From contig NC_067400.1 in assembly GCF_016432865.1 (NCBI RefSeq), positions 618,760,001-618,824,000 on the forward strand: DNA of 64,000 nt, written 5' to 3'. Shown piece by piece: positions 17,839 through 33,374 of the stretch; position 1 is the first letter of the stretch, and each line of letters starts with the position of its first letter. This DNA comes from Antechinus flavipes. Lineage: Eukaryota. Under the pieces are notes generated by a model. That model saw only the letters and a list, made by a program, of their open reading frames with translations, was not told the DNA's origin and did not search any database. The translations under genes were made by a program, and so were the position numbers.

Positions 17839-18205
17839 CCCCCGACTCCCTGATCCAACCCCCGCCTCTCCACGGAGCCCCCGACTCCCTGATCCAACCC
17901 CCGCCTCTCCACGGAGCCCCCGACTCCCTGATCCAACCCTCGCCTCTCCACGGAGCCCCCGACTCCCTGATTTCTCCTCTTTACCGAGCCCTAAGTCCCC
18001 GGGGCAAGCATCCCCCCTTCATTGAGCCCCTGACTCCCCGATCTATTCCCTTTAATGAGCCCTAACTTCCGGGGGCAAGCACCCCCTCTCCACGGAGCCC
18101 CCGACTCCCTGATCTATCTCCTACTGAGCCCTAAGTCCCCGGGGCAAGCATCCCTTCTCCGAGCCCCACACCCCCCGGGGCAAGCAGCCCCTCGTTACGA
18201 GCCCC
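17839..18205. repeat. Compound minisatellite (39-bp x ~3.5, then related ~70-bp units)
   Basis: CCCGACTCCCTGATCCAACCCCCGCCTCTCCACGGAGC starts at 17841, 17880, 17919 and 17958. GAGCCCTAAGTCCCCGGGGCAAGCA recurs at ~17987, ~18058 and ~18127. Confidence 0.9.
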
Positions 18206-18399
18206 TTTCCCCTTTAAAGGACATGCGCCCGCCCCTTCCCAGCTTAAGAACTGGAGCGGAATGCTGAGGCAGCGGCCCCGCCTCCTCCCAGACCTCCTAA
18301 AGTAACGGCAGCTCTCTCAGGGCCGCACCCCGCCCCGCCCCGCCCCGCAAGGGCGGGGCCTTCAGAAGGAGCCGCGTGGCCCACATTGGAACATGCGCA

Positions 18400-20079
18400 T
18401 TTCTTTTCCTGGCTGACTACCGGCAGGGGGCGGTGCGGCTTGCCCAAGACGAGAACTACAACTCCCAGTGGCAAGTGCGCGCAAATCTCAGTTTGGGATT
18501 TAGTAATTTTCTACATCCCATACCAAAGGTCTCGTTGGAAAATTACACGGATTTTTCTAATATATCCGCTGTCCTCTGGGAACAACGCCATCATCAGCAC
18601 TGAGCCCTACAAATCTCAGAGCACGTGGCTTTTAACTGAGTTCTACTGGATGCCTACTCGTCCAAAGCTTACCCTCCGCTCAGGGAGAACTACAAATTCC
18701 AGAAACCTACACGAGGGAGGGGGCGTAGATTCAAACTGGGACCTCGTGAGGACTCCAATATCCAGAATTCATTGGATTTAGAGAGTGCGAAAAGTTCTCA
18801 GCATTTCCGGAGATAGGCAAATTTGTCCTAGAGGACTTCTCTTTCCCTCAATATTGAGAGCGAGTGTTGATACACAGCATCCGTATGCTCCCGGGGGACA
18901 CTGAGAAGAGTCTGTATGCCAGCATTCCATGGGTGCGCGGGGAGGTTGCACGAAGCGCCGAAGAGAGAAATGGGGACTACATTTCCCGGCATTCCTGAGC
19001 AGCGGGGGGAGGAGCTGGAAAGTTGAACATTTCCCGGCGGTCATTGCGCGAGGGCGTTGGTTCCTTGCTTTTATCGGTTAAAGGAAGACTCCACTTCCCA
19101 GAATGCTTTGTTGTTCTGTAACCCCTCCCCCACTGGAGGGTGGGCCCGTGACGTATACTCGAGCACTCTTACCATCCATTCATCCTGCTATAACTTATCC
19201 CACTGTGTTCTCTTTCCTTGCAGGTGCTGTTGCAGAGGAGCGGAAGCCGAGAGGGGAGGGAAGCAGTTGCCTTTCCCCTTTGCGGACTGCTTCGTCTCTT
19301 TACTTTTTTTCAAGCTCTCGCTTGGACCCATAATTTGACAGGAGGGATGGTTTCGAACTTCATCTCCCAGGATCCTCTGTAATTTTGGGTGCCAAAAATG
19401 TTACAATGAAGTATTTTTCCCGGCATCCTTCATTGCAGTCCTTGACACGAATTGAGAGTTTCTGGGAAGGGACTACGTGTCCCGACATTCCCTAGAACCC
19501 GCTAATCTTTTTCCTCCCGTCTCCCCTCCCCCTCTCCAAGAGAAAGGACAACACTTCGCAGCATTCCTTGGGGACCCCAGTGCTCTCCAGAGACCTGGAC
19601 TCTTTAGGCGTTCTCAGCGTCCTAGAGCGCGCGGATGCTGTTTCCCAGGAATTTCTGGGGTTCTCTGTTCTACCAGAGCCCCGAGAGCGCGCGCAGACTG
19701 CATTTCCCGACAACCTCCAGGGCCCTCCGCTTTCCTCCCCAGTCCCTTTGGAGCCAATGACGTTGCTTCTGAGGAAAAGCAAGGACTCCATTTCCCGGCA
19801 TGCGCTTCGGGCCGTGCCCCTTCTCGCTCCTGACGTCGAGCGGCCGCTGACTCCATTTCCCGGTACGCTCCGCGGGGTCGGGCCGACAGTGTGAGCGTGC
19901 GCGAACTGCATTTCCCGGCGAGCCCCGCGGCGCGGAGCCGGAGCCGCAGCCGCAGCCGCAGCCGCAGCCGGAGCCGGAGCCGGAGGCCGGAGCGGCCGCG
20001 GCCTGGAGCGGAGCCGGACCCCAGCCCAGCCCGGCCCGGCCGGGGCCCCGGGGAGCAGCGCGGCGGCCTCTGAGGCGCC
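18400..20079 (+). promoter_or_regulatory. GSK3A: GSK3A promoter and 5' UTR with a ZNF143-like motif array and a (GCCG[C/G]A)n hexamer repeat
   Basis: CpG island with 11 co-oriented ACT(A/G/C)CA..TCCC(A/G)-type motifs at 18455-19918, CRE-like TGACGTCG at 19831 and a hexamer repeat at ~19935-19990. Confidence 0.75.
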
Positions 20080-25240
<5,161 letters not shown>

Positions 25241-25904
25241 GGCCCCAGGTCGGCCCCTCCCACCTTCGGTCCGGAAGCCCTGGCCCGGAGGCCCGGGTCC
25301 TAGAGCCTGCCTTCTCCCCATCCCTGGCTGGGGTCAGTTTTTAGATGGGGGACAAGGAAAGGGGAGAAGAAGGCTGAGACCCAGGTCCCTCCTACCTCAC
25401 AGAGGCAAAAGCCTGGCAGGGGAAATGGAGGAGGGGGTGCCCCCTGACCCCCTTCACCCTCTGTTCCTCCCCCTCCCCCCGCACTGGGCTGGCTGGCCAA
25501 GCTAGCTTTTTAACAGAGGATTTTAACTGGGTGTTGGGGGGTGGTGGAGAGAGAAGGAAGAGGCTCTCTGGGCTTGAGCACTCCCCCCAACCCCTGCCAC
25601 CCCCCCATTTGTCCCTTGTAAATAGGACCAGACCCTGCCTCAGGCCCCCTTTTTCCTGACCCCTTCCCTTCTCTTCTCCCGGGTGTAAATAGATTGTTAT
25701 AATTTTTTCTTAAAGAAAATGTTGCAATGATTCGCGCCGCCCATCTCCCTGCCCCAGCTGTGATCCCATCCGACCTCCCTGCTGCCCTCCCAGCCCCCCT
25801 CCCCTTGCCCCCATCCCCCCGGGACAGGGAGGGAGGGGGGCTGGGGGAGCCCCGATGTCTTAGTTCCCACAGTAGGGTTTGCCTGTGTACAGAACTTTCC
25901 GTTC

Positions 25905-25910
25905 AATAAA
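25905..25910 (+). terminator. GSK3A: Probable GSK3A polyadenylation signal
   Basis: AATAAA ~665 nt after the stop, at the end of a 3' UTR with AU-rich patches. Confidence 0.75.
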
Positions 25911-28316
25911 TTATTGGCATGAGAAGGAGCTGCCTCTGCCCCTGGTTTCCCTTGGGGCAAGCTGGGGATGGGGGGAGTGGCTGGTCCCCTGAGCAGGCCC
26001 TTTCTCTCCTGAGCCTCCCTCTCCCTGCTGGGCAAGGAGAGCCTTGGCCTCCAGCCTTTCAGCTGGGGTTCCATGCCAAATTTCATTCCTGTAGTGCCTG
26101 CTTAGGGCTGGAAAACATGGATCCCCTCAAAAAAACTCTCTGGGGCCAAACACATTTACAGGGAAAGGCCCCGAGGCCCACGTTAAGTGGTTAGGGATTT
26201 GGCTGAAGGTGCAGAGGGCCACGGGAGTTGGGAAGAGGAGGGACTTGGGGCTCCCCCGGTCCTTGTCACTGCCTGGAGTGGGGCCCAGTCTGCTGTCTGG
26301 GAAAGGGCCTTGGGCTGAGAGAGTGGAGGGGGTGGTGGGGCTCCAGAGAGAAGAGCGCCTTCAGTTATTGGAGTGAGGGAACAAGCAGATAGAGGCAGAC
26401 CAGGGCCCTTCTCCACCTGGGGCGGACAAGGATGTTGGGGGCATGTCGGGGGGCAGAGGTGGCATCCAAGCTCACAGTTAAGTCTGCCCGGTCTGGCCCG
26501 AGCGTGGCAGACCAGGGCTGTGGGGGCCCCTGCTGCACGGTCCCCTTTGTGGTGGAGGGCAGGCTGCCTGAGCCTCTGACTGGGGGGGTCTCCCGTCTCT
26601 TGGACATTGTCCTGCCCTTTGGGCCCCTCTGACCTCAGTCTCCTCCAGGGTCTGTTTGGGGCCCTCCATGCTCTGCTGTTGACCTTGATCTCACCAGCTA
26701 CCAATCAGCTCTCAGATTTGTCCAGCCCCGTCCTGTCTCCTACCATGGAATCTCAGCTGTCTATCAGATATTTTTAATTGGGGCCTCATCATCCCCCAGC
26801 GCACCCTCACTCCGCTGTTAGGAAGAGGACAGCCCGTCCTCCTGGACCCCTTACTCTCCCCTCCTCCCCCTGGGGGGCTGCCTGCCTCCAGCCTCTCGTC
26901 ATTCGTGTCCAGGTCACCATCCAGGCAGCTCCAGTAGGGACTCCTTGTCACCCGCAGGATCACACACAACCATTCGGCTTGCCAACCAAGCTTTCCGCCC
27001 GTTGAGGGCTCTCTGGGCAGCGGGGCTCTCCTGGTTACTGTCCACAAACCCTGCATCTTCTGACTCGGGGCATTCTCACTGGCCCCCAGTCCCCCACATC
27101 ACTCCCGACTTGTCCAGTGTAGCTGTGGTTTCTATGGACCACTGGTTGGTTGGTCTGGAGCGAGGAGAGCAGTTGGGCCCTTCTCCGTATCCCAGCGCTG
27201 GGCGTGTGGCAAATGCTTGGTGACGGACAGCCTGGGCACTCTCCGGGTCCTTGCGCCAGGACCCCGCTTGGAGGTCACTAATGTGGAAGTTGCCTGTGGG
27301 GCGGATCCCTTGGGTTCTGACTTTGTGACACGAGGGGATTTCTTGGGGTGGATGAGCAGCTCGCCCCTGGAGGGCTTCCTCATTTGCTAAAAGACCATTC
27401 AGCAGAGCAGAAAGGGACACTTGGAGGGAAGTTCCAGTCTCAAGGATGAGTCCCTCAAGTTGCCAGAGGTGAAGATTCGATTTTTTCACTGGATTTGCTC
27501 ACCTCCCATTGGGTGATTGTCAGGACTTCATCACGGGGCTCCCCACGTGGCAGATGCTTTTTAGCTACTATCCCATTCCCCAAATGCTTATTTAGGGACC
27601 CGTTGCTCACTACGCTTGTGAATTGGTGGCCCCAAGGGCACAGGACTGGCCAGTTGGTCACTCATCAGGAAGGAGAAAGTGGGGGGGCTCCTGTTTCAAG
27701 TTGTTTGGATCAGGCACCTGAAGCTCTTGCCAACCTGGAGGTGCAAGAGAGACGAGCAGAGACGAGGAGGGGCATTTGAAACCATATATCAACATCCAGT
27801 GACCTGGGAAAGGGGAAAGGGACGGCAGGGAATGGACTGCCCTGGGTGGTAGGGCCAGGAGGAGGTGCTGGTTGATCCCATTAAATGGCTACTTGTGGGA
27901 CTAGGTGAGCTAATGCCGAGATTGTCTGGGGGTCCAGTGGATCCTTTTTGCTATCCTAATTCACTTGGCTTCTGTGCCCAGGGAAGGACCTTGGAAACCA
28001 GATCTCAGAGGACCGCTAGTGACCACCTCATGGTGACTGAAGGACACCCATCTCGTCTCCCAGCACATTTGTCCCCACTTAATTGGGGAAACGAGCTGTG
28101 ACTGGAGCAGCCTCGGTCCCCCAGAAGCTGGACACCTGAGGCAGACAAGACTCAGTTTGGCTCCCACAAGTCATTGGGTTCTGGGGGGGGGGGGAGGGGG
28201 GAAAGGGGCCTTAATTTCCTAACCTATAAAAGGAGATTGGAATCTTGTCTCCTTTATGATCATCTGGAGAAGGCAGATTTCTACTTCGTTAGCATAGTGA
28301 TATCAATGCAAATTCA

Positions 28317-28322
28317 TTTATT
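28317..28322 (-). terminator. ZNF526: Candidate proximal polyadenylation signal of ZNF526
   Basis: TTTATT on + (AATAAA on -), only ~32 nt downstream of the stop codon. Confidence 0.4.
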
Positions 28323-28353
28323 AAGAACCCAGCCCCGACCCTATCTCCACCTG

Positions 28354-30183
28354 TCACACAAAAGCAGCGTCCAGGTGCAGCAGCCCCCCAGTCCCACCTG
28401 TGCCTCCCAGGTGCAGCCCCCCAGCCCCCAGTGCCACCTGGCACAGCTGCAATGTGTCCACTAGGGCAAGGGGCTGGGAAGTCTCGATGATGGCGATGGT
28501 CTCACCCAGTTCTGTGCACATGATGGTCTGCTGGGGGGCTGGGGCTGGGGGAGTGGGCGGCGCGGCAGGTCTGGGTGGGGGTTTGGGCTCATCGCGCCCC
28601 GCGGGGCCCCGCTGGGGGTGTCGCAGCCCGGCCCGGCCCAGCGTCCCGCCGCCGGCTGCCCCTTTCCCGTACAGGCTTCTCACAGTAGCCAGCCGGGCTT
28701 GGAGGCGCGAGGCCCGGGAGAAAGCTGCCGACCGGCTGTGCAGCTGCCGATGCTGCTGCAGGTTGGAACTCTGGGTGAAACGCTTCCCACAGTCGGGGCA
28801 GGGGTAGGGACGGGCCCCCGTGTGGGTCAGCTGGTGGCGGCTGAGGTTGGCTAGCGAGGCGAAGGTCTTCCCGCAGGCGTGACACTGGAAGGGCCGCTCG
28901 CCCGTATGGGTGCGCAGATGGTTGCGCACGTGTACCAGCTTCTTAAAGCCCTTCCCGCAGACCCCACAGCGGTGCCGCCGCTCAGGCGGGGAGTGCACGG
29001 CCCGCCGGTGCCTGTTCAGCCGGGCTGCAGAGGCAAAGGCCTTGGTGCAGTGTGGGCAGGACAAGGCCGCAGGGGCCAGTGGGGGTGGGGGGGTGGGAGG
29101 GGGCGGGGGGGGCACCCCGCTCTTGCCCGCGTGGGTCCGTCGGTGGTAGAGAAATTTTGTCATATTGCTGAAAGTCTTGCCACAGGGGCAGCGGTGCAGG
29201 GGATTGGCCGTGTGTGCCCGGCGGTGGGCAACCAACGTGAGCTCTGTCCCAAAGCCTCGGCCGCAGTCCACACACAAGTAACGGGCCTCGCCCCGGTGCA
29301 GCCGGAGGTGCTGCTCCAGGGACGTGGCTTTCTTGAAGACTTTGGAGCAGGCCGGGCACTCGTGAGTGCCCCCGACATGGGCACGGCCGTGAGCCAGGAG
29401 ACGGTTGGCGGAGCTAAAGCCACGCTGGCACTGGGCACAGCGATGGAGGGTGGTGGCCGGAGGGTGGGCTGCCCGCCGGGGCCTCCGCAGCCCCTTCCCT
29501 GGGGCCCAGGGGCCCTGGCCTTCAATGCACTGGCGGCCATGGGGGGCTCCTTCATCCTCTGCTACAGGTCCCTCTGTGCAGGGTCCCTCCTCCTCCTCTC
29601 CTCCATCTGCCTCCTCCTTCTCCAGGGAGGCAAAGTGAGTGCCCTGGTGCTCTAAAAACTCCTCCGGGGTGTCCAGCAGCTGCGCACACTCGGGGCACTC
29701 GTAGGGGTCCATGGTGGCCCTGGGCGAGGGGGGCGGTGGCTCCGGCTCCTCGGGCGCGGGGCAGGCCTCACAGTGGGCCAGCCAGAGGTCTGGGGACAGG
29801 AAGAGCTCCTCGCAGTTGCCACAGTGGTACTGGACCTGGCCCTGAAGGGGGCCGATGGGGGGGTCTGCGTCCTGGGTGTGGGCGTCCTGGTGGGCCAGCA
29901 GGGCCTCGGGGGACAGCAGCAGCTCCGAGCAGTCCAAGCACTGGAAGTGGCTGTCGTGGGGCAGCGCGCCGCTGGGGAGCTCGGGGGGCTCGAGCTGGGC
30001 GTGCTGCTGCTGGTGCATGAAGACCTCCTCCAGCGTGTCGTAGAGCAGGCCGCAGGCCGAGCAGATGTACTGGTGCTGCAGCACCAGCGACTCCGGGCCC
30101 GCCGCCCCTTCCGCCCTGGCCGTCAGCGGCGTCCCGGCCCCAGCGCTGCCCGGCCCGGTGGAACTGCTGTGTCTAGCCTCCAT
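28354..30183 (-). CDS. ZNF526: C2H2 zinc finger protein 526 (~609 aa from the first ATG; exact start uncertain)
   Basis: Single-exon ORF from MEARHSS to LHLDAAFV*. It has 12 C2H2-type fingers (the third ends H-x3-C) and the diagnostic segments GEARYLCVDCGRGFGTELTLVAHRRAHTANPLHRC and QQTIMCTELGETIAIIETSQPLAL. Synteny fits (tail-to-tail with GSK3A, head-to-head with DEDD2). Possible acceptors at 30231 and 30412 leave the N-terminus open. Confidence 0.93.
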   Translation of the reverse strand: MEARHSSSTGPGSAGAGTPLTARAEGAAGPESLVLQHQYICSACGLLYDTLEEVFMHQQQHAQLEPPELPSGALPHDSHFQCLDCSELLLSPEALLAHQDAHTQDADPPIGPLQGQVQYHCGNCEELFLSPDLWLAHCEACPAPEEPEPPPPSPRATMDPYECPECAQLLDTPEEFLEHQGTHFASLEKEEADGGEEEEGPCTEGPVAEDEGAPHGRQCIEGQGPWAPGKGLRRPRRAAHPPATTLHRCAQCQRGFSSANRLLAHGRAHVGGTHECPACSKVFKKATSLEQHLRLHRGEARYLCVDCGRGFGTELTLVAHRRAHTANPLHRCPCGKTFSNMTKFLYHRRTHAGKSGVPPPPPPTPPPPLAPAALSCPHCTKAFASAARLNRHRRAVHSPPERRHRCGVCGKGFKKLVHVRNHLRTHTGERPFQCHACGKTFASLANLSRHQLTHTGARPYPCPDCGKRFTQSSNLQQHRQLHSRSAAFSRASRLQARLATVRSLYGKGAAGGGTLGRAGLRHPQRGPAGRDEPKPPPRPAAPPTPPAPAPQQTIMCTELGETIAIIETSQPLALVDTLQLCQVALGAGGLHLGGTGGTGGLLHLDAAFV

Positions 30184-30559
30184 CGGCCGCCTGCTGGGTG
30201 AGGGCCTGGGGCTTGAGCCCACAACCACCGCCTGGGGGGGAAACTGAGGCAGGCAGCTCTGCCTGCCCGGAGGCCCCGCCCCTGCCGATGCCCCGCCCCC
30301 GCCAGGCCCCGCCCCCGCAGAGGCGCGCCGCCCCCCTCTCCTTGCCTGTCTCTCGGGTCTCTGGTCTCCGCCTCTTGGGGTCACGGGGTCACGGAGCCGC
30401 GGCTGCAAGAACCTGAAAAGAGTTTGGGCTCAGCGGGGGTGGGCCAGAGATCTCCCAGTGTCTCTCCCTCAATGTCTCTCACTCTGTTACTCCTCCCTCA
30501 CTCGTCTCTTCCTCAGTGTCTCCCTCAGCTTCTCGTTTCTGTCTCTCCTCCCTCTGTGA

Positions 30560-30900
30560 CTCGAGGTCTTCCTCACCCTTTGCCGCCTGTTCTCGCCCCC
30601 CGTCCCCCTCTTACCGGCCCCGCCGCCGTCTCCGCTCCCGTTATCGCCGCCGCCACAGTCGGAGCGCACCCCGCACCATTGCCGCCTCCCATTGGGCACC
30701 GCGGGACCCAATAGGCGCTGCGGGCAGGGGCGGGGCGAGGCGCTCAGGGGCGGGGCTGACGAGCTCAGGGAGGCGCAGGCGCGAACCCCTCCCAGGGCGG
30801 GACCGAAGAGGAGACAGAAGTGGGGAGGGACTCGAGGCGCAGGCGCAGGGCCGGGCAAAAGCGGCCGGGTTTGTTTAGGGCCGCTAGGCGGCGTCACTGT
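30560..30900 (-). promoter_or_regulatory. ZNF526: ZNF526 CpG-island promoter
   Basis: CpG-rich, with CCAAT/ATTGG at ~30690-30712, GC boxes and NRF1-like GCGCAGGCGC at ~30773 and ~30838. Confidence 0.65.
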
Positions 30901-31329
30901 GCCCACAGCGCTGTACTTGGGAGCCAGAAACTTCCGAGTTCTGGAGCAGACCCAGACGTGAGCGTTATGTCTCTAGCCAGGTCACTTCTTTTTGCCTCAA
31001 TGTTCCCCAGGGTGAAATGGGAATCCTCGGAGCTGCCCATAATGCACTTCACGGAGCGCCTGCAACGCGCCCAGCCCTTGCTGGCTACCTGCTCCCCTTC
31101 CTCCTCCCCCTCCTCACCCACAGCTCGGCGCCAAGGAGCTGTCCCTGACTTGGAGACGGAGCTCCAAGATGCGAATCCTGTCTTTCACTTGTAGCTCGTG
31201 ACCCCAGTTCTTTCCAACTCGGGGTTCCTCGCCCCACCCTTTAGCCGCACTCCACGTCTCTCTCCCCCACTTTGAGAAGCTGCTGAAATCCAGACCATTT
31301 TGGGGGGCACGGGGCGACTCCGGATTTGC

Positions 31330-31430
31330 TGGATATGCTTCTCTCTTTTCCCCTTATCTCCTCTCCCTTAACGTACGAAGTCCCTGGTACCCAGTAAGCG
31401 TTTAATAAATGCTTATTTAATTGCCTTAAA
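31330..31430 (+). mobile_element. LINE-2 3' end fragment
   Basis: CCTGGTACCCAGTAAGCGTTTAATAAATGCTTATT resembles the L2 terminus CCTGGCACATAGTAGGCGCTTAATAAATGCTT. Confidence 0.65.
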
Positions 31431-31859
31431 GTTGAAGGGCTTTGCGGGTGGGGCACAACTGTGCCCGGTGCAACCCCAGAAAGGGAGGAAGTGGATGCCG
31501 AGGAAGTTTGTGTTTGGGGAGTCTGGGGACAAGCTGCCCCACCCTGTGAGCGACGCCCAGCCGAGGGGCCCCCAGCCTCCCTTTGGGGAGGGGGATGAGT
31601 CAGGGTGGGCGGGGACAGAATAGACCTCCCTCCCTCCTCCCTGTGCTCGGGGCAACTGCACCCAAGAAGCCGCAAGCCCCACATCCGGAGCCTTGACAGG
31701 TATGGGGACCTTCCCCTTCCCCCCTCCCCCAGTCAGCAAAGGTGGGACGACGGGAGCTCGTGGGGGATGGGAGACGGAGGCCTGGGGCTTCTGGCGTCGC
31801 TGGGGGAGGATGACGGGCTACCTTGAGGGAAGGGGCTGTCTGTCGCCTCTTTCAGTGTC

Positions 31860-31920
31860 CCCAAGCGCTTAGGACAGGGCCAGGCACACAGCAGGCGCTT
31901 CATAAACGCTGATTGAGAAA
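31860..31920 (+). mobile_element. LINE-2 3' end fragment
   Basis: CTTAGGACAGGGCCAGGCACACAGCAGGCGCTTCATAAACGCTGATTGA. Confidence 0.6.
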
Positions 31921-32399
31921 ATCTGCAAGGCTTTTTTTTTTTTAATGTCCCAATTTCCCAAGCAGCGTTTCGTCCAAGAGGGAGGTGTTTGTGTATTGGG
32001 GTTTATGAAACCCCGCTTGCTTCTGGGTCTTGCTTATGCAACTTTTCTCCTTTTAACAACGATTCCAAGGCGTGCGGGCCGGGGCCGTTTTTCGCTTGCT
32101 GCCGCACACAGGGAAGACCGAGTTCAGTCGCGGCCCGAGACTCTTCCTAGTCATTTCACTTCGGCCCGACTCAGTTTTCTCCTCCGATAAGGGGGCTCCT
32201 GACAACTCCTCGCTCGGCCGCGCGGTCGGGAGGAGCCTCGGTTGCTACATCTGTGCTACATCAGTGCTACTGTTACTCTCCGAGCTCGGGATCCTCCTGA
32301 GCTCCCGGCTGCGTAGGGAAGGTCCGGGGTGGGACTCCAGCGAGCCCGCCTCCTTACCTGAGAAACAACACTGCCCGGGGCGGGGGACGGAGAGGGGCA

Positions 32400-32555
32400 T
32401 TTATGCTCGCTCTACTAATAGCACAACCACCCAGAAAGGTGGCGGTATTGCTATCCCCATTTTACAGAGGGTTAATCGAGTCTTAGGTTAATCGACCGAG
32501 GTAGGATTTGAACTCAGATCTGTTATTTCTTCAGTCCCAAAGCCAAGAGTTCCTG
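32400..32555 (-). mobile_element. MIR/CORE-SINE fragment
   Basis: TATCCCCATTTTACAGAGG...GGTAGGATTTGAACTCAGATCT. Confidence 0.65.
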
Positions 32556-32859
32556 AGAAGGGAAGAGGGGGAGGTAAGAGAGGGGCCAGGCCGACCCCCA
32601 GAGGAGGGTCACTGAGGTCCAAGGAAGGGCAGGGCCCCCTGTCACCTCATCCCCGGAGGAAGCGGCATCAGGCTCAATTACAGGTGATGCATCCGAGGGC
32701 CTGAGAGGGGGAAGTGATTGAGGCTGGACCGGCAGGCTGAGGTGACCTCAGGTGTACAGGTTGAGAAGCCCAGCCTGCTTTCTTCCCCCAGCCCCGGCCT
32801 CAGCTCTCGGAAGGCGCATGCTCAGCTGACCCTCCCCGGCAGGTGTGTGGGGGGCGGGG

Positions 32860-33353
32860 GGCAAGCAGGTGCTAGGGGGAAAAAGATCCGTTGCGCCTGC
32901 GCAGAGCAGTCCAGGACGCCCGCACCTGCGCGGGTGGGAGGCCGCGGTAGGAGGGGGCGGGGCGGGGCGCTCGCGGCGCAGGCGCAGTTGTAGAGAAGGT
33001 ACGAGAAACAACTCAGCTGCTGCAGCCCTGGGAGGTACCCCGGTGGACGCGACCCCCCCCGGGCGGGCGAGGGCGCGGAGCGGCCCGGCTGTGCCATCGG
33101 TCTGGGCGGGAGGCGGGGGACTGGAGAGTTCGGACGACGGAGTCCCGGGGATTTGGGAGGGGCCATTTAAAGCGAGTTCGGACTCTGCCACTCGTCTGAG
33201 CCTGCGCTGACCGAGAGTCCCCACCCGGGCACTGGGCAGGTACCATCCCCCCGGCCTGGAGGGGACCGTCCCGGGGAGCCGGGGGCGGCGGGAGCCGGGG
33301 TGGGGGCCGCCGGGATGCTGACCTCGCCCTTCCCCCGCCCCTCTCCGTTTCAG
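32860..33353 (+). promoter_or_regulatory. DEDD2: DEDD2 CpG-island promoter with non-coding exon and intron
   Basis: NRF1-like TGCGCCTGCGCA (32892-32903) and GCGCAGGCGCA (32976-32986), GC boxes, candidate donors near 32998 and 33239, and an acceptor TTTCAG ending at 33353. Confidence 0.65.
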
Positions 33354-33374
33354 CATCTCCCCGCGTCCGTCCCG

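Noticed and set aside
30184-30408. 75-codon N-terminal extension of ZNF526 from a TTG start
   Set aside because: Non-ATG start, low-complexity sequence and internal splice acceptors; unsupported without transcripts.
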